A stretch of 63,954 nt of DNA, counting the filler, from Octopus bimaculoides (Eukaryota), in the NCBI RefSeq assembly GCF_001194135.2. It is 6 parts of 6 records of this genome, joined end to end, with 100 filler letters (N's around TTAATTAATTAA, not from the genome) between each part and the next. Parts side by side here need not be neighbours in the genome. Positions count along the whole stretch, not along the records: positions 35,548 to 39,532 come from NC_068992.1; positions 39,633 to 62,689 come from NC_068983.1; 4 more parts are not named here. One strand, written 5' to 3'. The first letter of the stretch is position 1. The number at the start of each line of letters is the position of its first letter. Under the pieces are notes generated by a model. That model was not told the origin of the DNA, made no database searches, and saw only the letters and a program-made list of their open reading frames with translations. Below are positions 39,032 through 50,699 of this stretch, one piece after another. The translations under genes and the position numbers were made by a program.

Positions 39032-41907
39032 TACTTCTTTACTACTATATCGCTATACATGTTATCTTAATCGATTTTTCTTTCTATCTAACAGCGTGTT
39101 TGTCTGTCTAACTATTTATCTATCTAGCTAGCTATCTATCTATCTATTCATCTATCTACCTCTCTATCTATCTATCTGTCTGCCTGCCTGTCTATCTGCC
39201 TGTCTGTGTAGCAAAACGACCCTTCTATATTCCTATTCATTTCCCTGCATTTTAGTCATACATCCATTTGCCTAAACGTCTATCAGCCTCTCTACACATA
39301 TAAGAATTGATTTAAGAGCATCCCCATCGATCACACATACATACACATACGCAAGCACGCACGTGCACACACACACACACACGCACCCTCGCACGCACAC
39401 ACACAAACATATGCATAGTCAGACACACATGTATATATAAATACACAAGCATAACAGTCTATCTATCAATTTAGATTGCTCTCTCTCTCTCACTCTCTCT
39501 CTCTCTCACTCTCTCTCTCACTCTCTCTCTCTNNNNNNNNNNNNNNNNNNNNNNNNNNNNNNNNNNNNNNNNNNNNTTAATTAATTAANNNNNNNNNNNN
39601 NNNNNNNNNNNNNNNNNNNNNNNNNNNNNNNNTATGGTCTTCTTTAATTGTCGATATTCTTTCACTTTTTTCTTTTAATATCATATTCACCATTTCAAAC
39701 AACCAGTGGGAACCTGAAAAATTAAATTGTCTTTACATAAAACAGGCGTATTTGTTGCTCGGCAAAGCAACATACAAGTTAGTTTAATAGTTAGTTTATA
39801 GCTAGTTGAACAGCCAAAGACATCAGATTCCAAAACATATATATATGCAGGGGCAGAATCTCGTCGTAAATCAAATATTTCTGTTACAATAAAACTATGA
39901 AAGTCTCCAACGCGCGCGTGCGCGCATTAACATACATTAACGCACGCGCAATGCAACAGGAATCCACAAGCAAATCTATAATGAAATAAGTGAATTCCCA
40001 GATAGATCTGATCAGCTGATTTGGTTCCAGACGATATTATTGCTGACAAAATGCGTTAACCAGAAAATATACGTTTAACGCCAACCACCAAATATAGTAG
40101 ATTTCATGCTTGAACGAATTTTATAAACCATGTAAACTGCAGAAGGATTTGTAAAGTTCTACGGAGCTATTCTGTAAAGTAACACTACAAAACTCAAGAT
40201 ATAAAGCACCTGTAACAGTATCAAGGAAATCCAGGATTGTACGAGATTTTGCAACAGAGCAGCATGAATCTTATATCTCTTTTATTTTCGATGTTGCTTA
40301 TCGTTGAACGTGTAAGTTGAAGTATAAACTACAGATTTCTAATCAGTTACTCGGGTAAATCGGCTGTCGAAAATAAAATGGAACCACTTTTTTGACAGCC
40401 TCAACTATGACATAAACCTTTTTCTCTACTGCAGGGATTTCTTTCTACGCTGAATTTATTCACTAATAAAGAAATGCTAAAGGCCTACAATTTGGACTTA
40501 CAATAGCCCCAATTGCGATCTCAGAGGGTAAACTGTTCATATTCTACTCTAGACTTGACAAACCCCGTAATAGCAGTGTTTTTGATTTGATTTAATTGCT
40601 GTTTAAGGGAATAAAATTGTTATACAAAATAAGGATTACTCATTAGCAGGGACAGGTATTTCTTTAAGTGAAATTGAAATTAGGGCAGGATGAGGACACG
40701 ATCCGTCTTGACTCAATTGAAAGCTAAAATGCAGACAGAATCAGCTAATAATTTACATTTACTTTTATACATTGCCATATTAGATTTACGAGCAAATTGT
40801 ATAAATTTCGATAAACTGATGGTACATTTCTCTTTGGTCTTTCAACATATGTTAAAATGATGTTAACTAGTATGCGCACATTCCACTTCGTTTTCTACAA
40901 ATATAATCATCGGAAAAGCTTACCATTGTTTGCAAAACTGAAACTAAAACGTTTAAACTAAAGCATCATAAAATCTTCGCTATAGTTTTTTATACACAAC
41001 TGATTCAGAGATAAAATTCTCAACGAGACCTTTTAGAGAAGTTTTTTTCAAACATCTGAGTCACCGATAGCTTTTTAAAAAAAAATTATTATTTATCTCT
41101 CTTCTTAAGGCGGCGAGCAGGCAGAATCGTTAGCACGCCATCAAAATGCTTAGTAGCATTTCTTCAGTCTTCGTGTTCTGAATTCAAATTCCACCGAGTT
41201 CAACTTCGCTTTTCATCCTTTCGGGGTCGTCGAAATAAGTATCAGTTACACACTGGGGTCGATGTAATCGACCAGTCTCCTCCCTCAAAATGTCAGGCCT
41301 TGTGCCTTTAGCAGAAAGGATTATCTAATAGTCTCTTTTAATTCAGGGAAATGTCGCAGACACAATAGAAGCGATCACGGGTTCTTTCGATAAATCCACA
41401 GGACTTACTTTGAAAAATGTCCCTTTTTTTTTCTTACACCTATTATGGCGAGTTTAATAATTCTCATGCAAATAATTCCTTTAATAGGACGCAGCTACAC
41501 AAGCACAAGATATCAATGTGTTTCAATTCTACGAACCTGAAAATTTTCTATAGTTATTTTCAAGACATAAGCCTCAAATTACAGTTGAATGCCGCTAAGC
41601 ATTTGTTCGATGTACTAAAAGATTCAACCAGTTCGTGTCTATAATAATCCTTTCCACTATAGTCACAAGGCCTGAAATTTTGGAAGGGGACTAGTTGATT
41701 AGATGCACCACAGTGTTCGACTTGTAGTTATTTTTTCGACCCAAAGAAGTTCAAATGCACAGGTGACAACAGCGTGATTTGATCTCAAAACGTAAAGTTG
41801 GAAGAAATGCTGCTAAGAACTTTGTTCGATGTGCTAACGAGTCTGTCAACTCACCATCTATAACAACCGCACATGAAAACAACTAAGTCATTAGCTTAAA
41901 ACATTAC

Positions 41908-42103
41908 CTGTTCCTGGGAAACTGCATATTAAAACATCATCAGTTCGAATTTTGAGTGAATTTAATTTCCCTAAATTCTCCACCACTATAGGTAAAGGAA
42001 CCATGTTGTGACCCTGATATTTATAAACGATAAATGATTTTCCAACTCTGTCATATAATTTAGTGAATCCATTATTTACTGTTCCGACAGTTTTGTTATC
42101 CAT
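41908..42103 (-). CDS. Cytosolic sulfotransferase, first coding exon (gene A, probable tandem paralog)
   Basis: ATG start. Encodes MDNK...KSFIVYKYQGHNMVP...LKIRTDDVLICSFPGT(G), followed by a CAG|GTAATG donor in phase 1. Matches the SULT N-terminus (RxDDvxixxYPKsG) and the phase of gene B exon 2. No downstream exons were found in the window. Confidence 0.88.
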
Positions 42104-43256
42104 AATGTATTTGTGTAGTTATTTGTAATATTAGTAAAACTGAATGGTGTTGATGTAGCAGATTCTAGTGGTAGCTGATTTGTGATATAAACAGTTAGCG
42201 CTGTTGGTTTGTGGTAGTGGTTTTAGTATTATATATATTATGCTATATCTTCACTGTAGAAGAATTGACTAGTGTTACAGCTACAAGTACTGTTATATCT
42301 TATCGACTTGCAATAGCATTTTGTATTAGTGTATCACTTGTATCGACTAACACATCCCCTCACCTTCAAAACTGCTCGTCTTACAAACATTTGCATTATC
42401 CTTATCGACAATGTGTGCGCGCGCGTATGCTACAGGGCAAAAAGTAATCATCTTTCTACTTTTACTCCTCGCACATAATTTACAATGCTCCCCACACTCG
42501 GATTCATTACACTGTAAATAAGATAAAAGAAAAACAGATGTGTCATCAACTGTCAGGTCAAGGTTGTCTAATTATCTATTCATGTTATCAACTGAAATCT
42601 TCTTTTCTTTCTTTTCTTTTCTCTTTTTGGTGTGTGGTGAAGCAAGATGGTTTCTACACAATTTTCAACTATTTTTCGAGAGGGTGAAGAACAATTCAAT
42701 GTGATTAGAACACATACTGTAAAGAAACCATTTTCTGACAGTCAGTTCGAAGTGAGGGAGTTGTACCAATAATATTTACTGGCAGCTTTAATTTCTGTAG
42801 AATGGTGCCTGTTGGAGCGAGGCTGACCTGAGGATAAACAACAACATTATCAGGTAGAAAAGTAGCAACTTTAATAATGTTGAAGGATATGATGGTTGCA
42901 TTCATGTTGATATAGTGGACACTGAGGTGGGACAAAGATTGAAGAAGGTGTTTACGACTAGCATCATTTTCTTANNNNNNNNNNGAATTTGTTGAATAAA
43001 AGAAGGTTGTATTTATCAATTTAATTGGATACATTCGTTTGATATAAAGACCACAATTCTTGAATTTTCGGTAGAATGTTTGAACGAGATAACTACGTTT
43101 CGACTTCCAGCCTTTTAAATTTCCGCCATTACTGAATTTTAAAATTTGTTATAATTGAACATTTCCTTTTTTCAGTTTTTATTTCTAGTTCACTTTTTTG
43201 CTTCTCGTTGCGATCCATTGTCCTCAACTACTTATTTTATTTCAATATACAGATAC

Positions 43257-44204
43257 ACCAGAAAGATATTCCAATTTTGTGCACCAAACCTAAATTTTCA
43301 GTTAAATCTCAAAATTCAGTTTGCAAGTGATTTCATTTGAGACCGCGTGTTGAAACTAAAACGATTGCAGTGTAACAAATATTGGTTTCAAATTTTTGGC
43401 ACAAGGCCAGCAATTTCAGAAGAGGTGAGCAAGTCGATTACATCGACTCCAGTGCTTAACTGCTACTTATTTTATCGACGCCGAAGGATGAAAAGCAAAG
43501 TCCCCCTCGGCGAAATTTGACCTCGTTGTGAAGATATATGCTAGCCATTTAAATCAAAGACTGATAACTTAAAGTTCATTATTTGTCATTTGGTATCAAA
43601 CAGGTCATTGATGTGATTACACTGTTAAGAATTCGAGGAGAAAAAGTGATAAAGGACAGAAAATAAGAAAAAGAAGTTAAAGACAAATTAGAAGGAAAGT
43701 AAAAGAAGGNNNNNNNNNNNNNNNNNNNNNNNNNNNNNNNNNNNNAGATACACCAGAAAGATATTCCAATTTTGTGCACCAAACCTAAATTTTCAGTTAA
43801 ATCTCAAAATTCAGTTTGCAAGTGATTTCATTTGAGACCGCGTGTTGAAACTAAAACGATTGCAGTGTAACAAATATTGGTTTCAAATTTTTGGCACAAG
43901 GCCAGCAATTTCAGAAGAGGTGAGCAAGTCGATTACATCGACTCCAGTGCTTAACTGCTACTTATTTTATCGACGCCGAAGGATGAAAAGCAAAGTCCCC
44001 CTCGGCGAAATTTGACCTCGTTGTGAAGATATATGCTAGCCATTTAAATCAAAGACTGATAACTTAAAGTTCATTATTTGTCATTTGGTATCAAACAGGT
44101 CATTGATGTGATTACACTGTTAAGAATTCGAGGAGAAAAAGTGATAAAGGACAGAAAATAAGAAAAAGAAGTTAAAGACAAATTAGAAGGAAAGTAAAAG
44201 AAGG
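43257..44204. other. Apparently identical ~455-bp duplication across a gap (probable assembly artefact)
   Basis: 43257-43709 matches 43748-44204 on either side of an N run. Confidence 0.8.
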
Positions 44205-44503
44205 AAAAGAGAACAGAAAATTACACAGAAACTGAGGGAAGGAGAGAAAGCGAGAATAAATGAATGTACAAAAGATAATGAAGAGAGAACGGTAGAAAAA
44301 TACTGAATGGAGAAAGTAAGTGATCATTTTTAGAGAAAATATGCAAGCTGTGAATGTCCTAGTCAGAAAAACAAGAGGTCATTTGCACATTAAACTAAAA
44401 ACTTTAGGTGGTGATTCTAAACATAATCTTTTGAATAGCGATGTATATTAGGAATACACACACGCACCCCCCCTCTCTCTCTCTCTCTCTCTCNNNNNNN
44501 NNN

Positions 44504-44550
<47 letters not shown>

Positions 44551-44695
44551 GTACGTAAGGTATTTGAGGACATACCTTTTTGAGGTCATTGCTGCATATT
44601 TTGATAACTGTATAATCTTTGTTTCAGAAAATAATAATGGCAGACGTTCAGCTTACGCAAGAAATGAAGAGCGAGCCATGCTGTTATTGTGGTTA

Positions 44696-44865
44696 TAAAG
44701 GGTGACCATAGCAATTTAGAAATATCCCATTTTTGAAAGTTACCATATCTTTCATCTACAAAGTTTGTAAGAAGCTAGAGACTGAAGCTGGAAATGTATC
44801 ACCAGTATCAAGGTATAAAAAGCATTCTAAACGCTCTGAAATCATCAGAACACCTGCACTGTTCC
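44696..44865 (+). mobile_element. maT-type transposase N-terminal fragment
   Basis: Begins with a TIR-like aagggtg. Encodes FIYKVCKKLE.EAGNVSPVSRYKKHSKRSEIIRTP. Family assignment is from recall only. Confidence 0.4.
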
Positions 44866-44889
44866 ACATATACATACAGACTCATCAAT

Positions 44890-44981
<92 letters not shown>

Positions 44982-45022
44982 CAACACTATGTGATATCAA
45001 CAATTAAACATTTAAAATTAAA

Positions 45023-45158
45023 AAGTCTTACAGCTGTTTCGGCCTAGAGTTGGCATGCCCCATTCTATCTATATAACTCCAGTAAACTGGAGTAATTGGT
45101 AGATGAAACGGATGCAATGGAGATACATGCATGATTCTTTAGGCCTCTTCAGAGATTT
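45023..45158 (-). ncRNA. Type I hammerhead ribozyme with ~93-nt stem II insert
   Basis: Stem I (AAA)TCT/AGA(CTT), CTGAAGA, stem II GGCCTA/TAGGCC, GAAA, palindrome ACAGCTGT. Predicted cleavage after UA at 45029. Confidence 0.8.
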
Positions 45159-46460
45159 ACAAAGTTCAGTTCATGAAGTTTACAAAATTCAAATATAAAT
45201 ATAAAAATATAAAAGCATATAAAAAAACATATAAAGAGTCATAAAAACTCACATACTTCCTCTGGTGGCGGTCAACCTTAAACTTGACCCCTCCTTCTGG
45301 ATCAATTCCTTGCAACTCTCCAACTTCTCTCTTTCAGTTTTCACTTCCCGCACCTCCAGGGCATTCGTTGCGGCGTTACGGCTTCCAGCTGCCGAAGCAT
45401 AGCTCCGGGCATGGGCTCGTTCCGGTGTGCTATTAATTTTTCCCAAAGTGTCTTCGCCCCTAAATGGGGAAAAGAAAACAATTTCACAGGCCCGCAGGCA
45501 AAACGGCAACAGTCTTCAACAAAATTTAACAATAGGCGCTAAGCCTTCAACAATCAGATAAACAAGAATACTCGACGGAATCAAGGATTTAAACAAAAGC
45601 GATTAACGCAGAGACTCGAGTGCGCACCGAACGGCGTACTTTCGCTGACTGTTTTCTTTATTCGGCACTTACGGCCACAACACAGAGGGGGACACTACAA
45701 GGACAGACACAACATTACAATGGGGATATCAAACATAAAACGAATGACAATAAGATGTTATATAATGAAGAAATGAAATGGCTGCATGGGCCCCATTACC
45801 ATGTAGTACCATTTGAACGTTTATATACACTATTTCTATTACCATCGTTCACTTTTTCTATTGTTTTTTCCCTCTTTTTTTTTAACACGAAACACTTTTA
45901 CTTTTTTTCCCTCTTTTTTGTTCCTTTTTTTTTCCAAAACAATTTTATTATTTTTTTCCCTTCTTTTTAGTATCTCATAAACGGCTCCAAGTCCTTTAGT
46001 TCGATTACCGGCGGCAGTTCGTCGAACTCCACCGCTACTCTGAGCAGGTCAATTTTTTCTCTGTACATGTCTTTTAGTTTCCTGTATGTGTCCTTATCGA
46101 CCACGATGACCTTCATATTTTTAGAGTACACATCTGTGGGTAACTTAACTCTCATAATATGTTTAAATTTTACAATTTTTTTCTCCGTCTCCTTGTTCTT
46201 TGAATATGTCACAAAATTCCATTTGTTTTTTCCTCTTCTTGGTTTTTTTTCTTTTCTTCTTCCACTACTGGTGTCTTTCCCTCTTCAACTCTAAGCAATC
46301 TCTCAATTTCACCCTCGCACAGTTGCACTCCCGAGTCTTTTTCCTTCGCTGGGACAACCGGCGTCATTAGCACTGTTTCCTCCTTCCGTAAATACACCTT
46401 TTTGATTGCCTTCTCTCTTTCTTTCTCCATCACCTCTTCGTCTGTCTTCCTTCTGGTCAC
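45023..46460 (-). mobile_element. Unidentified hammerhead-terminated element carrying non-RT ORFs
   Basis: ORFs 46209-46460 and 45967-46212 and a GC-rich exon-like segment at about 45255-45400 precede a 3' hammerhead. The 5' end abuts a hAT fragment. No RT or endonuclease motif recognised. Confidence 0.5.
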
Positions 46461-46461
46461 A

Positions 46462-46700
46462 ACAAGATATCAGGACCTCATTAATATGGAAATACCTGAG
46501 TGGTTGATAAACCCATTTATTGACAATTATACCAATGAAGCTGACTCTGTGATACAAGAGGTGTTAATAACATTAAAAAACGACTTCGAATTAAAGTCCC
46601 TCTTCAAAAATAAAAATCATACCAGAAATTCTGGATACAGAAAGAAATTTCTGAAAGCTATCTAAAGTTGTGGGAAGCGATCAAACTTTTCTTCATATGA
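46462..46700 (+). mobile_element. hAT transposase C-terminal fragment
   Basis: RYQDLINMEIPEWLINPF...IQEVLITLKNDFELKSLFK, typical of ZBED5/Buster-like C-termini. Confidence 0.65.
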
Positions 46701-47898
46701 CAGGGACACAGTAAAGTGAAAAGTGGAGGGAGAAGAGAAGGCAAGGAAATGTGAGCGAGGGGGAACGAAAGAACGAACAGTGGAATGAATGAATAAGGGT
46801 GAAGGGGCTGATAGACAGAAATAGAGTCATACAAGATTTAGAAAAATGTGTACTTACATATAAGAGACAAAGTGTACGTACGCCGCTATATATATATGTA
46901 TATATATATANNNNNNNNNNNNNNNNNNNNNNNNNNNNNNNNNNNNNNNNNNNNNNNNNNNNNNNNNNNNNNNNNNNNNNNNNNNNNNNNNNNNNNNNNN
47001 NNNNNNNNNNNNNNNNNNNNNNNNNNNNNNNNNNNNNNNNNNNNNNNNNNNNNNNNNNNNNNNNNNNNNNNNNNNNNNNNNNNNNNNNNNNNNNNNNNNN
47101 NNNNNNNNNNNNNNNNNNNNNNNNNNNNNNNNNNNNNNNNNNNNNNNNNNNNNNNNNNNNNNNNNNNNNNNNNNNNNNNNNNNNNNNNNNNNNNNNNNNN
47201 NNNNNNNNNNNNNNNNNNNNNNNNNNNNNNNNNNNNNNNNNNNNNNNNNNNNNNNNNNNNNNNNNNNNNNNNNNNNNNNNNNNNNNNNNNNNNNNNNNNN
47301 NNNNNNNNNNNNNNNNNNNNNNNNNNNNNNNNNNNNNNNNNNNNNNNNNNNNNNNNNNNNNNNNNNNNNNNNNNNNNNNNNNNNNNNNNNNNNNNNNNNN
47401 NNNNNNNNNNNNNNNNNNNNNNNNNNNNNNNNNNNNNNNNNNNNNNNNNNNNNNNNNNNNNNNNNNNNNNNNNNNNNNNNNNNNNNNNNNNNNNNNNNNN
47501 NNNNNNNNNNNNNNNNNNNNNNNNNNNNNNNNNNNNNNNNNNNNNNNNNNNNNNNNNNNNNNNNNNNNNNNNNNNNNNNNNNNNNNNNNNNNNNNNNNNN
47601 NNNNNNNNNNNNNNNNNNNNNNNNNNNNNNNNNNNNNNNNNNNNNNNNNNNNNNNNNNNNNNNNNNNNNNNNNNNNNNNNNNNNNNNNNNNNNNNNNNNN
47701 NNNNNNNNNNNNNNNNNNNNNNNNNNNNNNNNNNNNNNNNNNNNNNNNNNNNNNNNNNNNNNNNNNNNNNNNNNNNNNNNNNNNNNNNNNNNNNNNNNNN
47801 NNNNNNNNNNNNNNNNNNNNNNNNNNNNNNNNNNNNNNNNNNNNNNNNNNNNNNNNTCCACAGGTTCACTATCACCAAGTTTATTTCAGTACGTCCTA

Positions 47899-47929
<31 letters not shown>

Positions 47930-48630
47930 GTATCTATCTATCTGCCTGTCTGTTAGTCTGTCTATAACATTCTTTTCTACTCTAGGCACAAGGCACGAAA
48001 TTTTGAGGGAGGGGCTAGTCGATTAAATCAACCTCTGTACGCAACTGATACTTAATTTATCGACCCCGAAAAGATGAAAGGCAAAGTCGACCTCGGCGGA
48101 ATTTGAACTCAGAACGTAAAGACAGACGAAATACCTATTTCGTTATTGCCCACAAGGGGCTAAACATAGAGGGAACAAACAAGAACAGACGAACTGATTA
48201 AGTCGATTACATCGACTCCAGTGCGTAACTGGTACTTAATTTATCGACCCCGAAAGGATGAAAGGCAAAGTCGACCTCGGCGGAATTTGAACTCAGAACG
48301 TAACGGCAGACGAAATACCGCTAAGCATTTCGCCTGGCGTGCTAACGTTTTTGCCAGCTCGCCGCCTTATACAATATTATAAGTATTNNNNNNNNNNNNN
48401 NNNNNNNNNNNNNNNNNNNNNNNNNNNNNNNNNNNNNNNNNNNNNNNNNNNNNNNNNNNNNNNNNNNNNNNNNNNNNNNNNNNNNNNNNNNNNNNNNNNN
48501 NNNNNNNNNNNNNNNNNNNNNNNNNNNNNNNNNNNNNNNNNNNNNNNNNNNNNNNNNNNNNNNNNNNNNNNNNNNNNNATAATCACATATGACTTAATAC
48601 TATTTACGATGTAAAAACAATTAACGATTA

Positions 48631-48636
48631 TTTATT
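48631..48636 (-). promoter_or_regulatory. Candidate polyadenylation signal of SULT gene B
   Basis: AATAAA on the minus strand about 180 nt after the stop codon. The AT-rich context weakens the call. Confidence 0.35.
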
Positions 48637-48814
48637 TACTTCACAAAGTATGGTAGCCTTACAGCAAGTATCGCGAAAGCGAAAACTTTCAGTATATGAC
48701 GTACATATATAAGCCGACACACACGTATATCAATATATTCTTAATTTTTTGCTATATTCCTAGCATTTGAGAAATTAATAGTCGAATAAACCATGTATAG
48801 AATCTACCATCGGT

Positions 48815-48924
48815 TTAAAAAATATTCAAGTTTATTCCCTGCTCGAGGAGTTCCTTCTGAATTCGAGCGTCCATCCTTTCATTTTGAGCGACTGTCATCC
48901 ATTCTTTCCACGTAGAAACTTTTC
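48815..48924 (-). CDS. SULT gene B, terminal coding exon 5
   Basis: Polypyrimidine tract ctttttctcttttcag acceptor, phase 1. Encodes (G)KVSTWKEWMTVAQNERMDARIQKELLEQGINLNIF*, including the KxxxTVxxxE dimerization motif. Confidence 0.92.
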
Positions 48925-49644
48925 CTGAAAAGAGAAAAAGAATATTAGGTAACCATCGAAGAATTTAGTTGTATCTTTTCTATTTTCATTGTCACTATCG
49001 TCGTCGGGAGTTGGTACTAAAAGAAATAAATTTCTGGGTATTAATCAAGATACTTTATTATTTTCCGTTAACGGAAACTAATATCACAGGTATTAATATA
49101 AACTCTAATCCACTTATAGTGGACCTTTGTCTAAAACCCTCAATAGAAAACATCGAATGTTTATAGGAATATATATGTTTGTGTATAATTATTATAAGTA
49201 TCATCATCATCATCATCATCATCGTTTAACGTCCGCTTTCCATGCCAGCATGGGTTGGACGATTTGACTGAAGACTGGTGCAACCGGATGGCTACACCAG
49301 GCTCCAATCTAATTTGGCAGAGTTTCTACAGCTGGATGCCCTTCCTAACGCCAACCACTCAAAAAGAAAAATACGAACTATTGAAAAAATCCTACCTTCT
49401 CAACACACGTAATATGTATGTACATACGGGTATGTTTGTACGTAAATATATGTGTATGTATGTATATATGTGTATGTATGTATGTATATATTTTTATGTA
49501 TTCTTCATTTATGTACCTTTTCATTTGTACATAACTACAATAATCTTAAGATATATTGTTTTTATATTCCACTATTATTTCTCTTTTGATAACTTTCTCC
49601 TTCCTCTGTTTATACATTATCTAATAAGAATAATATATCACATC

Positions 49645-49678
<34 letters not shown>

Positions 49679-49848
49679 TGATTCCTTGGTATGCATATAC
49701 ATATACATATACAAATACATATGAATATAAACATATAGAAATATATGTGCATATGTTCATGTATGTTTATGTGTACGTATGTATATGTATAAGTGTGTAT
49801 ATGTGTATGCATTTGTATTTATAACTTAACCTTATGAACTTTCTAAAC

Positions 49849-49968
49849 TCTCTGACGAAGTCTAGAGACACAGCCAAGTACTGAAATCTTATCTACCAAA
49901 TACTTAAGTTCACTGAAGGGATATATAGATTGGGGTACTTTGGTCTCTTGGCTGAAACAGCTATAAGA
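49849..49968 (+). ncRNA. Type I hammerhead ribozyme, same family as 45023-45158
   Basis: Stem I TCT/AGA, CTGACGA, stem II AGTCTAGAGAC/GTCTCTTGGCT (10 of 11 pairs), GAAA, CAGCTA-TA (one change from CAGCTG). The upstream tract matches the 45 kb copy (tgaact...aaa.tctctga). Confidence 0.7.
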
Positions 49969-50699
49969 TATTATCCTATCTTTTGTGATCTACGTTATAT
50001 ATTTTAATAATTACTGATATTTTTATATATTGTATATGTAAAGCATATTATGCTATACATGTATGTATGTTGTTATAATGGTTAAATAAATAAATAAATA
50101 AATAGACATAATATAATGTCTAACAGTTGACGAATACCACCTCTTGATCCCCTCCATTTTTTTATTGCACCGATTTTTTTGGCTACTTAAAGCTGCATAA
50201 CTTTTTTCTATCAAATATTTTTTAACGAGGTCTTCATCAAACGATTCTACTCGTGGAGTTTTTAAATAGTCATAATTAAAGTATAGTTTTTCTTTTAAAT
50301 AACTGAGAAATTACGAGTTAAGGCAAATAATAGGCGTTACTCTCCCATTCTTTGCCCTACATTTTTTTATCATAACTTTTTTCTACTGAACCAAATTTCG
50401 ATTTTTTATGTCAAAATGTAGCTTACCATTGGTCCACTATAGAGCAAAAAAAAAAAAAAATTAAGATTGAGTTAAAACGGAATTAGTGATAAAGCGTTAC
50501 ACTGGTCGCGTATGAGTAAAAGTTAGAAACAACAAATTATCATTTTTATTTTCATCACTTAAAACCATTGGTTACCTTTTATTCGCTCTCTGTACAGTGA
50601 TCAGCGCCGTCCAACCAATGCGCGTGACCGTCCAACCAATGGCGTGATGTTATGTGTCCTTGAGGGACACGCGCATATAAAATTCGCCGTGTGCTCATT

